Source: Xylanibacter ruminicola 23 (GTDB lineage: Bacteria; Bacteroidota; Bacteroidia; Bacteroidales; Bacteroidaceae). From it: DNA of 32,000 nucleotides. Of this stretch, positions 16,142 to 24,556 are shown in pieces; within the stretch, counting starts at the first letter, position 1; every line of letters begins with the position of its first letter. The notes under the pieces were generated by a model, which saw only the letters and a program-made list of their open reading frames with translations, did not search any database and was not told the origin of the DNA. The stretch covers positions 3,120,001-3,152,000 of the forward strand of contig NC_014033.1 in the NCBI RefSeq assembly GCF_000025925.1, read 5' to 3'. Made by a program: the position numbers and the translations under genes.

Positions 16142-19100
16142 TCTCGTCCTGAGTAATATAGTTCCGATTAAGGGGCAGGGAGTTTGGCGTTATCGTAAAC
16201 TTCCTGCCTTTTTCCATGTTCAGTGTTACCTTCTGGAATCTGGGGGCGGCTAACATATAACGATCGGTAGCCGGACAAACAGGATAGAATCCGATAGAAC
16301 CAAACACATACCAAGCCGACATCTGACCAGCATCGTCGTTACCCGACAAGCCGCCTGGGGTATCGTTATACTCTGTATCAAGGATATGGGCTACACGCTC
16401 GATGGTCTTTTCGCGCTTGTCGATAAAGTCGTAAAGCCAGGCTATCTGATGACAAGGCTCGTTGCCGTGCCAGTAGCGACCTTCTGAGAAGAGTGAGTCG
16501 AGCTTGGCCTCGAACTTCTCCTTGCCACCAAGCACATCGATGAGGCCTTCTACATTCTGTGGTACATACCAGGTATAGTGACAGGTTGCCCCCTCGGTAA
16601 TGTACGACTTGCGATGGATAAAGTCGGTGTTGTTCTCAAACTTTCCGTTCTGATGGCGACCGTCGCAATAGCCTGTCTTGGGATTGATCACGTTGCGCCA
16701 GTTTTCCGAGCGACGCATCAGTTCCTTGTAATCCTGCTCCTTACCCAAAGCCTTAGCCAACTGGGCTACAGCAAAATCGTCGAACGCATATTCAAGGGTT
16801 CGTGAGGTCTGCTCATCCTGGTGGAAAGCCTCTTTCACACCATCCTCCAAGGGGATATAACCGTATTTCAGGTACGAGGTGAGGGCTCTGCGACCCATGC
16901 CGTTCTTGTAGTCGTTGAAGTTGGCAGGTGTTTCAAACGCATTCTTACGCATGGCCTCGTAGGCTTTTTCGTAGTCGAAGTTCCTGATACCTTTGATATA
17001 GGCATCGGCCAGTACAGCGCTACAATGGTCGCCAATCATAGCGGCGGTATATGAGTTCCAGCAGGGGAATATGGGTAGCCAACCGCCTTCGGTGTACATG
17101 GTTACCAGCGATTGCATCATGTCTGCCGCCTTATCGGGTGCTATCAGCGTATAGAGCGGGTGCAGGGCACGATAGGTGTCCCACATCGAGAAGTCGCCGT
17201 AATAGGTAGGGTGATGGGTGGCAGGTGATGGGTGTTGGATGCTACCATCAGCAAACTTGGGATAAGCGCCATCCACATCGCTCATCTCGCGGGGGAGGAA
17301 CGAGCAGCGATAGAGGGCACCATAAAACTGATTGATGCGTGCTGTGTTGCTATCCTCTACATCGATGGTATGCAAGCGGTCGATCCATTGCTGGGCTGTT
17401 TGCGCCATTATGGTTTCAAAGTCGAAAGCTTCTACTTCTGTAGCGAAGTTTTTCTCGGCGCCTTGTTGGTTGGTAAACGAGGTGGCGGCCTTCAGGATGA
17501 TGGGCTGATAGGCTTTGCCCTCGAAGGTAAACCAGGCGCAAAGGCTATCTACACCACAGTCCTTTATTTCATCGTAAGCCTTTAGCAGATAGTGCCCATC
17601 GAAGCCAGCCTGCTCGCCCCAACCTTGATAAATACGATGCACAGGGTTGCGGCCATAGATAGTCTTCGTCTGCGGGTCAATCTGCAGATAGCCCACCTTC
17701 TCGTCGCTATTATGATTCAGTACGATGTGTACTGGTCCGTCCTGCTCAGGTGTGATGCGGAAGATGGCTGCATGGCTGCTACCTGTCATCTCTATCTTCA
17801 GATGTTCCTTGGGCAGACGTACGGCATAGTAATGGGGATGCGATATCTCTTGCTGATGCGAGAATGGGGTGGCGCGTTGTTCGGGCTTTAAACGAAGTTG
17901 ACCGCTGAGAACGGCCAAAGTAAACGATCCATAATCCTGTGTGCAACCACCTACTATCCAATGACTGTTGCGAATACCCTGAAACAGCGAGTCGGTATAA
18001 TAATAAGGTGCAATGCACTTCTGCTCAGTATCGCGGGTCTGGGGTGTCCAGAAGTTCTGTCCGTTGGGTACGAGTACTGCTGGCAGTGTTTGCCCGTGCT
18101 CTTCCGATCCTTTGCCAAACAATCCTGCAGTCTTAGTGTTGGCAGGCGCTGTGCCCACCATGGTGTTTAAGGCACATAGCTGGCGCAGATGCTCAAAGTG
18201 GTGCAGGCGGTCGGCTACCTGTTGCTTCAGCGCCTGCCAGTTCATAAAGCCTATCGAGTGCTCGTTATGCAGCAGTTGCACCTGCACGTCGCCCTGTGCA
18301 TTCTTGTAGAATATCATCTGCAGGTTAGCCGCCATGGGCAGAATCTCGTCCATGTAGTTATAATGCTCGCCTCTGAACTTAATACCCATCAAAGAAAGCA
18401 GACGGTACAGGTTTGAGTCGTGTCCGAATCGCAAGTCGGCACCCACGCCGCCACGGGCGATGGCTGCATCAGCATCGGCCTCGATACGTTGCCAAAGCGA
18501 GATGGCGCTGCGGGCAGCTATGCCATTGTTCTCAATCACGTCGCCATGAACAATCGTCATGCTCTTATTGTTCTTCTCGTAAACAGCCTGAAATTCTTCG
18601 GCTGTAAAGATATCGTAGAGCGATACGTTCAGCTCAACATCCTGCATATCCGATGCGATGGTGTGTATCTCCATCAGCAACTTGGCTGGCTCTTTTATTT
18701 TCGAGGCATCTATGAACAGGGCTTTGATAAATCTGTCGGGCGAGATGGTGAGTGGCACGTTGGTGCTGTTCTCTAACGCTTTTTCCTCTGGCGAGGTATA
18801 GGCTATCCATGCCATATCTTCTTCGCGGGTGATAGGTGTAAGGTGTTGGGTGTTGGATAATAGTTTTAGTTCATCCACAAAATTCTCCATGCTCACCTTG
18901 CATCTGTTTACGGTACTGCTATGTGCCGTTAAGTGGGCATCGTTAGTAAACAGTTGGGGGAAGTTCTGGTACATTCTGCGGGCTATGCCACGATGCTGTC
19001 GGGCACCAAGTGTTGTAAGCTGTCCGCCGTTGCCTTTGGCGTTCTTCCATATTTTTTCCAGTCGCTTACGCACATCCTTACCTAACTTTGTCAGGTTCTT

Positions 19101-19355
19101 GGTGTCGGCAAAATGCTCGTTCACCCAGGTGTAACGTGCATCGTTGGTAAGCCAGCGTGAACCATGCCTGCCATAATGCGAAATGTAGAACGGCTCGTAA
19201 CCAGCAGGGGCCGACTGTAACTGAGGCTTATCTGTACCCGTTTCGATGGGATAGGCATAATACACGCCGCCCCATTTCTCGTATTGTGCAAACACGGGGT
19301 TAGCTATCATGCATGCCAACCCTATCAACATCATTGTATATAGTACTTTCTTCAT
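16131..19355 (-). CDS. Fusion protein: N-terminal histidine acid phosphatase domain joined to a C-terminal GH92 alpha-mannosidase
   Basis: A signal peptide is followed by the RHGSRW catalytic motif (aa 63-68) and GHDSN (the HD motif) of branch-2 histidine phosphatases. From about aa 395 onward it is GH92, with [14 protein letters not shown] and [17 protein letters not shown]. At 1074 aa it exceeds the typical ~750 aa of a GH92. Confidence 0.88.
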   Translation of the reverse strand: MKKVLYTMMLIGLACMIANPVFAQYEKWGGVYYAYPIETGTDKPQLQSAPAGYEPFYISHYGRHGSRWLTNDARYTWVNEHFADTKNLTKLGKDVRKRLEKIWKNAKGNGGQLTTLGARQHRGIARRMYQNFPQLFTNDAHLTAHSSTVNRCKVSMENFVDELKLLSNTQHLTPITREEDMAWIAYTSPEEKALENSTNVPLTISPDRFIKALFIDASKIKEPAKLLMEIHTIASDMQDVELNVSLYDIFTAEEFQAVYEKNNKSMTIVHGDVIENNGIAARSAISLWQRIEADADAAIARGGVGADLRFGHDSNLYRLLSLMGIKFRGEHYNYMDEILPMAANLQMIFYKNAQGDVQVQLLHNEHSIGFMNWQALKQQVADRLHHFEHLRQLCALNTMVGTAPANTKTAGLFGKGSEEHGQTLPAVLVPNGQNFWTPQTRDTEQKCIAPYYYTDSLFQGIRNSHWIVGGCTQDYGSFTLAVLSGQLRLKPEQRATPFSHQQEISHPHYYAVRLPKEHLKIEMTGSSHAAIFRITPEQDGPVHIVLNHNSDEKVGYLQIDPQTKTIYGRNPVHRIYQGWGEQAGFDGHYLLKAYDEIKDCGVDSLCAWFTFEGKAYQPIILKAATSFTNQQGAEKNFATEVEAFDFETIMAQTAQQWIDRLHTIDVEDSNTARINQFYGALYRCSFLPREMSDVDGAYPKFADGSIQHPSPATHHPTYYGDFSMWDTYRALHPLYTLIAPDKAADMMQSLVTMYTEGGWLPIFPCWNSYTAAMIGDHCSAVLADAYIKGIRNFDYEKAYEAMRKNAFETPANFNDYKNGMGRRALTSYLKYGYIPLEDGVKEAFHQDEQTSRTLEYAFDDFAVAQLAKALGKEQDYKELMRRSENWRNVINPKTGYCDGRHQNGKFENNTDFIHRKSYITEGATCHYTWYVPQNVEGLIDVLGGKEKFEAKLDSLFSEGRYWHGNEPCHQIAWLYDFIDKREKTIERVAHILDTEYNDTPGGLSGNDDAGQMSAWYVFGSIGFYPVCPATDRYMLAAPRFQKVTLNMEKGRKFTITPNSLPLNRNYITQDEIKY

Positions 19356-19367
19356 ATCTTAATTATA

Positions 19368-21209
19368 TCAGTATCTTAGTAGTTCAAAAATAAAACGTGC
19401 ACCTTGCTTATAATCGGTGTCAACCCGCAGGTCGCCGCCCAATCGCAGGGCAACAGAGCGTGCTACAGTAAGTCCGATGCCAGTACCATCGGCAAACTCG
19501 TTCAGTTGTACAAACTCGTCAAAAATATGTTCGCTCTCATCAGCAGGAATGCCGATGCCTGTATCTTCTACGATAAAACGAACCAGACCATCGATAGCCT
19601 CGGCTTGGAGGCTGATGGTGCCCTCGTGTGTAAACTTTGCGGCATTCTCCAGCAGCTGTGCAAGAAGTCGTGAGGCATGCAACTTGTGGGTTAGCACACT
19701 AAGTGCATTGGTAGCTGCATCTATCTGTACTTTGAGCGTTACAGCAGCCTCTTTGTTTGTGGGGCGTGTGCGCTGTTCGATGCCAGAGTAACTAATAGCC
19801 TGAGCCACAATGGTTTGAATGTCGGTGTGGTCCTCGCGTTCAATCTTTGCATCGCTGTGAATGTTGCTTATCATCAGCATGCGGTCTATCAGCTTGGTAA
19901 TGCGGTCGGTATTCTCGGTTACCCGCTCCTGAATATCTTTCTTTTCCGTCTTAGGCAGATCCATTTCGGGCGAGGTGAGTACCTGGGTAAAGCCCGATAC
20001 GATGTTAAGCGGCGTACGTATTTCGTGAGAGATATTACGGATAAACTCGCTTTTCATCTTTGATGATACTTCGGCTTTCTCGTTGGCTATGCGCAGTTTG
20101 TCGTTTATGCGCTTTAGTTTGATAGCTGTTCGCCAGCCAAACAGCATCAGTATCAGGAGTGCAACCACCACAGTAGCTGAGGCCAGCACGGTATAGAAGA
20201 ACTTGGCGTGCTGCTGCTCTTCCTTGAGCTCATCTACTTGGAAGATGGTGTTCAACTCGTCGAGGTGTTGACGTGCTTCGTGACTGAACACCGAGTCTTT
20301 TTCCTGATACAGGCGCTGATAAATCTGTGCCGCGTCGTTCCCTCGTCCTAACTGCATCAGGGCCTGGGCTCTTATCTCGTCGTTATGATCGTCCTTTTCG
20401 TTGGTAATAAACTTTACGCTGTCGGTATAAAGGAGTGCGTTGGCTGCATCGCCTGCTGCCATATAGTAGCGGGCCTGCATTTTATAATAGTGGTGCAGAC
20501 TGAGCGAGGTGTTAATCAGGTGGGCATGATGATGGGCGGTGTCAAGCGCCATTTGGGCATCATGAAGTCTGTTCAGTCCGATAAAGGCGGCAGCACGGGC
20601 CAGATAGCAGGCGTTATAGCATTCGCGAACATGTGGTTTCTTAACCTTGCCAACCTTGGTAAGCAGAAAGTGCATCCATTCGTTGGTTTCCTGCAGTTCC
20701 TGCTTGTATTGCTTGTTATAATCGTAGGCCTTGGCAATGCGGTAGTAGATGTTGCTGATAGAATTAAAGTCGTCCTCGTCCTTCATCAGTTCGGCATAGT
20801 GCTTCAGTGCCTCAACGGCAGGCTCAGTCTGTTTCATGTTCAGATAAATCACACCTATCTGTTTATAGGCCATCGCACGTCCTAACTTGTTGTCGCGCTC
20901 CTGGGCATCGCTCAGCATGCGCTGTGTTTCCTGCAATGCTGTCTGTAGTTTGCCTTGTGCACTCAGGGCGTTGGCTTTTAGTTGCCAGGTACGATAGTAG
21001 TTGTCCCACTCGTCATGCGAGCCGAACCACTCCATTTGAGCATTGGCCTCTTGGGCCAGCTGTTGGGTTTGCGATGAGTTCTTAAGTGCCACAATCTTCT
21101 GCCATCGCGCTTCACTCTCTTGTTTTACATCCGTAGCGCCGCCACGAACAGCATAGAGTGCAAAGCCCCATGTTAGCAGAGCGATAACTATTAATAGCCG
21201 TTTTGTCAT
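19368..21209 (-). CDS. Sensor histidine kinase with a TPR-like extracytoplasmic domain (HisKA + HATPase_c); no receiver domain and no cognate response regulator nearby
   Basis: An N-terminal TM segment is followed by about 320 aa of helical TPR-like repeats and a second TM (FFYTVLASATVVVALLILMLFGW). The H-box is FIRNISHEIRTPLN, and the G-boxes are DTGIGIP and GTGIGLTVA. The ATG at 21209 forms an ATGA overlap with the GH92 stop, whereas the track start at 21221 is TTG. Confidence 0.85.
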   Translation of the reverse strand: MTKRLLIVIALLTWGFALYAVRGGATDVKQESEARWQKIVALKNSSQTQQLAQEANAQMEWFGSHDEWDNYYRTWQLKANALSAQGKLQTALQETQRMLSDAQERDNKLGRAMAYKQIGVIYLNMKQTEPAVEALKHYAELMKDEDDFNSISNIYYRIAKAYDYNKQYKQELQETNEWMHFLLTKVGKVKKPHVRECYNACYLARAAAFIGLNRLHDAQMALDTAHHHAHLINTSLSLHHYYKMQARYYMAAGDAANALLYTDSVKFITNEKDDHNDEIRAQALMQLGRGNDAAQIYQRLYQEKDSVFSHEARQHLDELNTIFQVDELKEEQQHAKFFYTVLASATVVVALLILMLFGWRTAIKLKRINDKLRIANEKAEVSSKMKSEFIRNISHEIRTPLNIVSGFTQVLTSPEMDLPKTEKKDIQERVTENTDRITKLIDRMLMISNIHSDAKIEREDHTDIQTIVAQAISYSGIEQRTRPTNKEAAVTLKVQIDAATNALSVLTHKLHASRLLAQLLENAAKFTHEGTISLQAEAIDGLVRFIVEDTGIGIPADESEHIFDEFVQLNEFADGTGIGLTVARSVALRLGGDLRVDTDYKQGARFIFELLRY

Positions 21210-23818
21210 TCCATACGCCAATTGATACCTAAAGGATTATTACGCATTTCGAGCACGAGAGGCAGATTGTGTTTCAGTGAGATACACATTTCTGTAAGAT
21301 CGATATCAGCACGTACTTTTATTGTATCGTTTGTTGAGGCTGTTTTTCGCCAGGTAATACCATCGTAGATAAAGTAGCCTTTTTCCTGTAATGTTTTTAA
21401 GGCCTTCTGCGAGATAAAGGCAAACGTACCTTTGGCCTCGTAGATGGCACCATCGGCAGATGGCATCTCCCAGCAGAACCCGTTACCATTCTCTACCACA
21501 GCACGAGGTATCTTGTAAGTAGCTTCTTTGCAGGTAAATATTAAGGTGTCGGCCTGCCAGGCGTAGGCCCAAGGCCAGGTACGGTGCTGCTGGTTGAGTG
21601 TAAAGCTGATGTTGCCGCAGGGGGCGAGGGTAGCTTTTAAGTTGTTTCCAACTTGGAAACTGGTTGTTTCTGTCTTGGAAACACTTTGTTTCTTACTTGG
21701 AAATACTTTGTTTTCCCCTTCTACACGCTTCTTCGATACATAGAACACCAGCTCGCCACCTTGCATCAGGTCGGCGTGTTCCAATCGGGCATCGTTAAGC
21801 AGTTGGCCATTCAGGGTTACCTTCTCAAAGTGGGTGCCCTTGCCTTTCAGTACACCATGCAGTGTTTTGCCATTGGATAACTGCAGGGTCCATTCTGGTA
21901 TCAGTGGGGCGTGCAGCAGATAGTAGCTCTGACCGGCATTGGGGTAGAGGCCCATCATGTGGAAGGCTAACCACGACGACATGGCACCGCTATCATCGTT
22001 GCCAGGCAGACCATCGGGCTTATCGTTATAGTTTTCGCTGATAATCTGGCGGACACGATCCGAAGTCAGGTCGGGTCTGCCAATCCAGTGATACAGACAA
22101 GGTGTAAGGAACGAGGGCTCGTTACCCACATTGTAACGCTTGCGATCAAAGAACATATCCAATCGCTTGCGGAAGGTGGCGGCGCCGCCACAAGCCTCTA
22201 TCAGTCCTGGCACATCGTGAGGGATGCTGAGCGAATACTCGGCTGAAAGCGCCTCGTAGAAGAAAGTGCTCCACCAAGGCAGATACCAAGGTGCCACTTT
22301 GGTGATAGGGGTATAAGGTATGAGTGGATGATAAACCTTTGATTTGCCCCAGGGTACCGAATCGAGCCATTGGCCGTTGGCATCCTTGGGCATGATATAA
22401 CCTTTCACATCGTCCCACTCATAGTCGGCACGCCACAGGTTCTTCCAGTTCTGCGACTGTTTCATATAACGGTCGTAAACATCCATGCGGCCTAAGCCTT
22501 TGGCCACCAGTGCAATGCAATAATCGTTGTAGGCATACTCAATGGTACGCGTGCCAGCACGATCGATTCCATAAGGCAGATAACCATATTTCAGGTATTC
22601 GTGCAGTCCACCACGACCATGTTTCTCGTGGTCGGCACCAGGATCCACTTCGGCATCCTTCAGCATGGCCTGTAGGGCGTAGTTATAATCAATGCCCTCT
22701 ACACCTTTGGCAAAGGCGTCGGCAATCACCACCTCGGCATTCGAACCGCCTTGGGTGCGTCCGTTGCAATCGCCGCTGCGGGCATCGGGCATATAACCTT
22801 CGCGTTTATAGATGTTCAGCAGCGCATTGACGATGTCCGCCTCGCGCTGAGGGTCAATCAGGGTGATCAGTGGTGAGCTGGAACGATAAGTATCCCAGAT
22901 AGCATAGTAATCGTCGTAGTAAGGTTTCTCAGTCCACTTGGGGTTTTCGCCCGATTTGTCCACAGGCATAATCATGGTGTGATAAAGGGCTGTGTAGAAC
23001 ATGCGCTTATCAGCCTCTGTGCCTTTTATCTGGATACGACTCAGCAGTTGCTCCCAGCTGTTGCGCAGGGTGCTTAACTGGGTGTCGAAATTGTTATCAG
23101 GAATATTACGTTTGGCTTGCTGCTCGCTCACGTACGATATGCCTATCTTGATGTTTATTAGGGTATCGGTAAAAGCGATGGTATTTTCGCTCGCCTGCTT
23201 AAAAGCCTTATCTGTTACCAAGCAGAAGTACACCGTATAGGCGTCGCCATTGTTCCAACCGCCACGAACCCTTGTGTAGCCGCGTACCTCGTGATTGCTC
23301 ACCACTTCTATCTCGCCACCAATAAACTGCTGTTGCTCGCGCTGGTCGGGGATAGGGCTCTTACCCAGGTAATGTGTGGCATCAATCAGCAACGAACCAT
23401 TTGTAGGGTAGTGTATGCGATAAAAGGCGCAACGCTCCGAGGTGGTAATCTCTGTGCGGATACCATTCTCAAAGGTGGTGGCATAATAGCCCAGCGCAAA
23501 CTCCTCGTTTGTGCGCTTCTGGGGTGTAACGCCTGGCTGTATCAGTATGTTACCATATTTCTGACCGCCGCCTGTGCCGCTCACGTGGGTTTGCGAAAAG
23601 CCTGTTACCACTTCGGGCATCTTGGCCCAACCGGCATTGGGCTTAACGGTGCAGTCGGGACCTGGTTTGCACATACCAAAAGGCATCGACGGACCAGGGA
23701 ATGTTCTTCCCACACCTTCGCTACCAATACGTGGATCAACATATTGCCAAACGCCAGCCATACTCACCATCGAACACAGCAGCAAGCATACGGTTATCGA
23801 AATTGTTTTTAGTTTCAT
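21206..23818 (-). CDS. GH92 alpha-mannosidase with an extra, uncharacterised C-terminal domain of about 150 aa
   Basis: It has a signal peptide, then YVDPRIGSEG...FPGPSMPFGM, GNEPSFLTPCLYHW and GLPGNDDSGAMSSWLAF, all GH92 catalytic-region motifs. The region from about aa 724 to 870 has no motif I recognise. Confidence 0.9.
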   Translation of the reverse strand: MKLKTISITVCLLLCSMVSMAGVWQYVDPRIGSEGVGRTFPGPSMPFGMCKPGPDCTVKPNAGWAKMPEVVTGFSQTHVSGTGGGQKYGNILIQPGVTPQKRTNEEFALGYYATTFENGIRTEITTSERCAFYRIHYPTNGSLLIDATHYLGKSPIPDQREQQQFIGGEIEVVSNHEVRGYTRVRGGWNNGDAYTVYFCLVTDKAFKQASENTIAFTDTLINIKIGISYVSEQQAKRNIPDNNFDTQLSTLRNSWEQLLSRIQIKGTEADKRMFYTALYHTMIMPVDKSGENPKWTEKPYYDDYYAIWDTYRSSSPLITLIDPQREADIVNALLNIYKREGYMPDARSGDCNGRTQGGSNAEVVIADAFAKGVEGIDYNYALQAMLKDAEVDPGADHEKHGRGGLHEYLKYGYLPYGIDRAGTRTIEYAYNDYCIALVAKGLGRMDVYDRYMKQSQNWKNLWRADYEWDDVKGYIMPKDANGQWLDSVPWGKSKVYHPLIPYTPITKVAPWYLPWWSTFFYEALSAEYSLSIPHDVPGLIEACGGAATFRKRLDMFFDRKRYNVGNEPSFLTPCLYHWIGRPDLTSDRVRQIISENYNDKPDGLPGNDDSGAMSSWLAFHMMGLYPNAGQSYYLLHAPLIPEWTLQLSNGKTLHGVLKGKGTHFEKVTLNGQLLNDARLEHADLMQGGELVFYVSKKRVEGENKVFPSKKQSVSKTETTSFQVGNNLKATLAPCGNISFTLNQQHRTWPWAYAWQADTLIFTCKEATYKIPRAVVENGNGFCWEMPSADGAIYEAKGTFAFISQKALKTLQEKGYFIYDGITWRKTASTNDTIKVRADIDLTEMCISLKHNLPLVLEMRNNPLGINWRME
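21652..21717. repeat. 3 x 22-bp tandem repeat inside the GH92 CDS, preceded by a partial copy and a 17-bp palindrome at 21644-21660
   Basis: The three units are cttggaaactggttgtttctgt, cttggaaacactttgtttctta and cttggaaatactttgttttccc, with about 17/22 identity between neighbours. GTTTCCAA-c-TTGGAAAC is a perfect 8-1-8 palindrome. Confidence 0.9.
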
Positions 23819-23822
23819 GCCG

Positions 23823-23830
23823 CAAAGATA
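23823..23830 (-). promoter_or_regulatory. Bacteroidota -7 box TATCTTTG for the GH92-HK-GH92 operon
   Basis: The minus strand reads TATCTTTGcggcATG, placing the box only 4 nt upstream of the ATG at 23818. Confidence 0.45.
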
Positions 23831-23838
23831 AACAATTT

Positions 23839-23864
23839 TTCGTGTAATTCGTGTAATTCGTGTC
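23839..23864. repeat. Tandem 9-bp repeat TTCGTGTAA x2.9 in the divergent GH92-operon / queC promoter region
   Basis: The sequence reads TTCGTGTAA TTCGTGTAA TTCGTGTC, with a further TTCGTA at 23871-23876. Confidence 0.9.
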
Positions 23865-23874
23865 TTTTTTTTCG

Positions 23875-23882
23875 TACCTTTG
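23875..23882 (+). promoter_or_regulatory. Bacteroidota -7 box TACCTTTG for queC
   Basis: It matches the TAnnTTTG consensus and lies 19 nt upstream of the ATG at 23902. Confidence 0.5.
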
Positions 23883-23901
23883 CATCCAAAATATTAAGAA
23901 G

Positions 23902-24555
23902 ATGAAAGACAGTATCATCATTTTGAGCGGTGGTATGGATTCTACCACACTGCTCTACGACTATCAGGAGCGTATTGCGCTGGCCATATCATTCGATTAT
24001 GGCAGTAATCATAATGCCAAGGAGATTCCCTTTGCCAAGTATCATTGCGAGCAGTTGGGCATCAAGCACCTGGTTATCCCCTTGAAGTTTATGGGAGAGT
24101 ATTTCCGTAGCTCATTGCTGTCGGGTGATGAGGCTATCCCCGAGGGCCATTATGCCAGCGAGAATATGAAATCTACGGTGGTGCCTTTCCGTAATGGCAT
24201 TATGCTGGCCGTTGCCACAGGTATGGCCGAGAGTAACGATCTGCAGTATGTGATGATGGCCAATCATGGTGGCGACCACACCATCTACCCCGATTGTCGC
24301 CCTGAGTTTGTTGATGCTTTCGATAAGACTGCCCAGGCTGGTACCTTTAATGGTGTGCGCTTGCTCTCGCCTTACTGCAATATGACCAAGGGTCAGATTG
24401 CTGCCCGTGGTAAGGAGTTGGGTATCGACTACAGCAAAACCTGGTCGTGCTATCGTGGTGGCGACAAGCATTGCGGCAAGTGCGGCACCTGTGTTGAGCG
24501 CAAGGAGGCCTTGGCCGATGCTGGTATCGACGATCCTACAGAATACGAAGATTAA
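23902..24555 (+). CDS. queC: 7-cyano-7-deazaguanine synthase (queuosine biosynthesis)
   Basis: It has the PP-loop IIILSGGMDSTT and the C-terminal zinc cluster WSCYRGGDKHCGKCGTCVERKEA. The ATG at 23902 lies downstream of the TACCTTTG -7 box at 23875-23882. Confidence 0.92.
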   Translation: MKDSIIILSGGMDSTTLLYDYQERIALAISFDYGSNHNAKEIPFAKYHCEQLGIKHLVIPLKFMGEYFRSSLLSGDEAIPEGHYASENMKSTVVPFRNGIMLAVATGMAESNDLQYVMMANHGGDHTIYPDCRPEFVDAFDKTAQAGTFNGVRLLSPYCNMTKGQIAARGKELGIDYSKTWSCYRGGDKHCGKCGTCVERKEALADAGIDDPTEYED

Positions 24556-24556
24556 T

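Noticed and set aside
1044-20885. Numerous antisense or overlapping ORFs of 60-180 aa inside larger genes, for example 1044-1526(-), 4233-4766(-), 11917-12408(-), 12415-12843(-), 14651-15154(-), 17232-18776(+ set), 20385-20885(+), 23291-23812(+), 24536-25021(-), 25248-25769(-) and 26578-27183(+)
   Set aside because: Each lies entirely within a gene on the opposite strand that has strong family motifs. Their translations have biased composition (rich in Leu, Arg, His, Cys and Gln) typical of antisense frames, and they carry no recognisable domains.
23819-23901. A possible preQ1 riboswitch upstream of queC
   Set aside because: Only about 19 nt separate the predicted -7 box from the queC ATG. 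That is too short for a preQ1 aptamer, and I saw no conserved preQ1 stem-loop or A-rich tail pattern.
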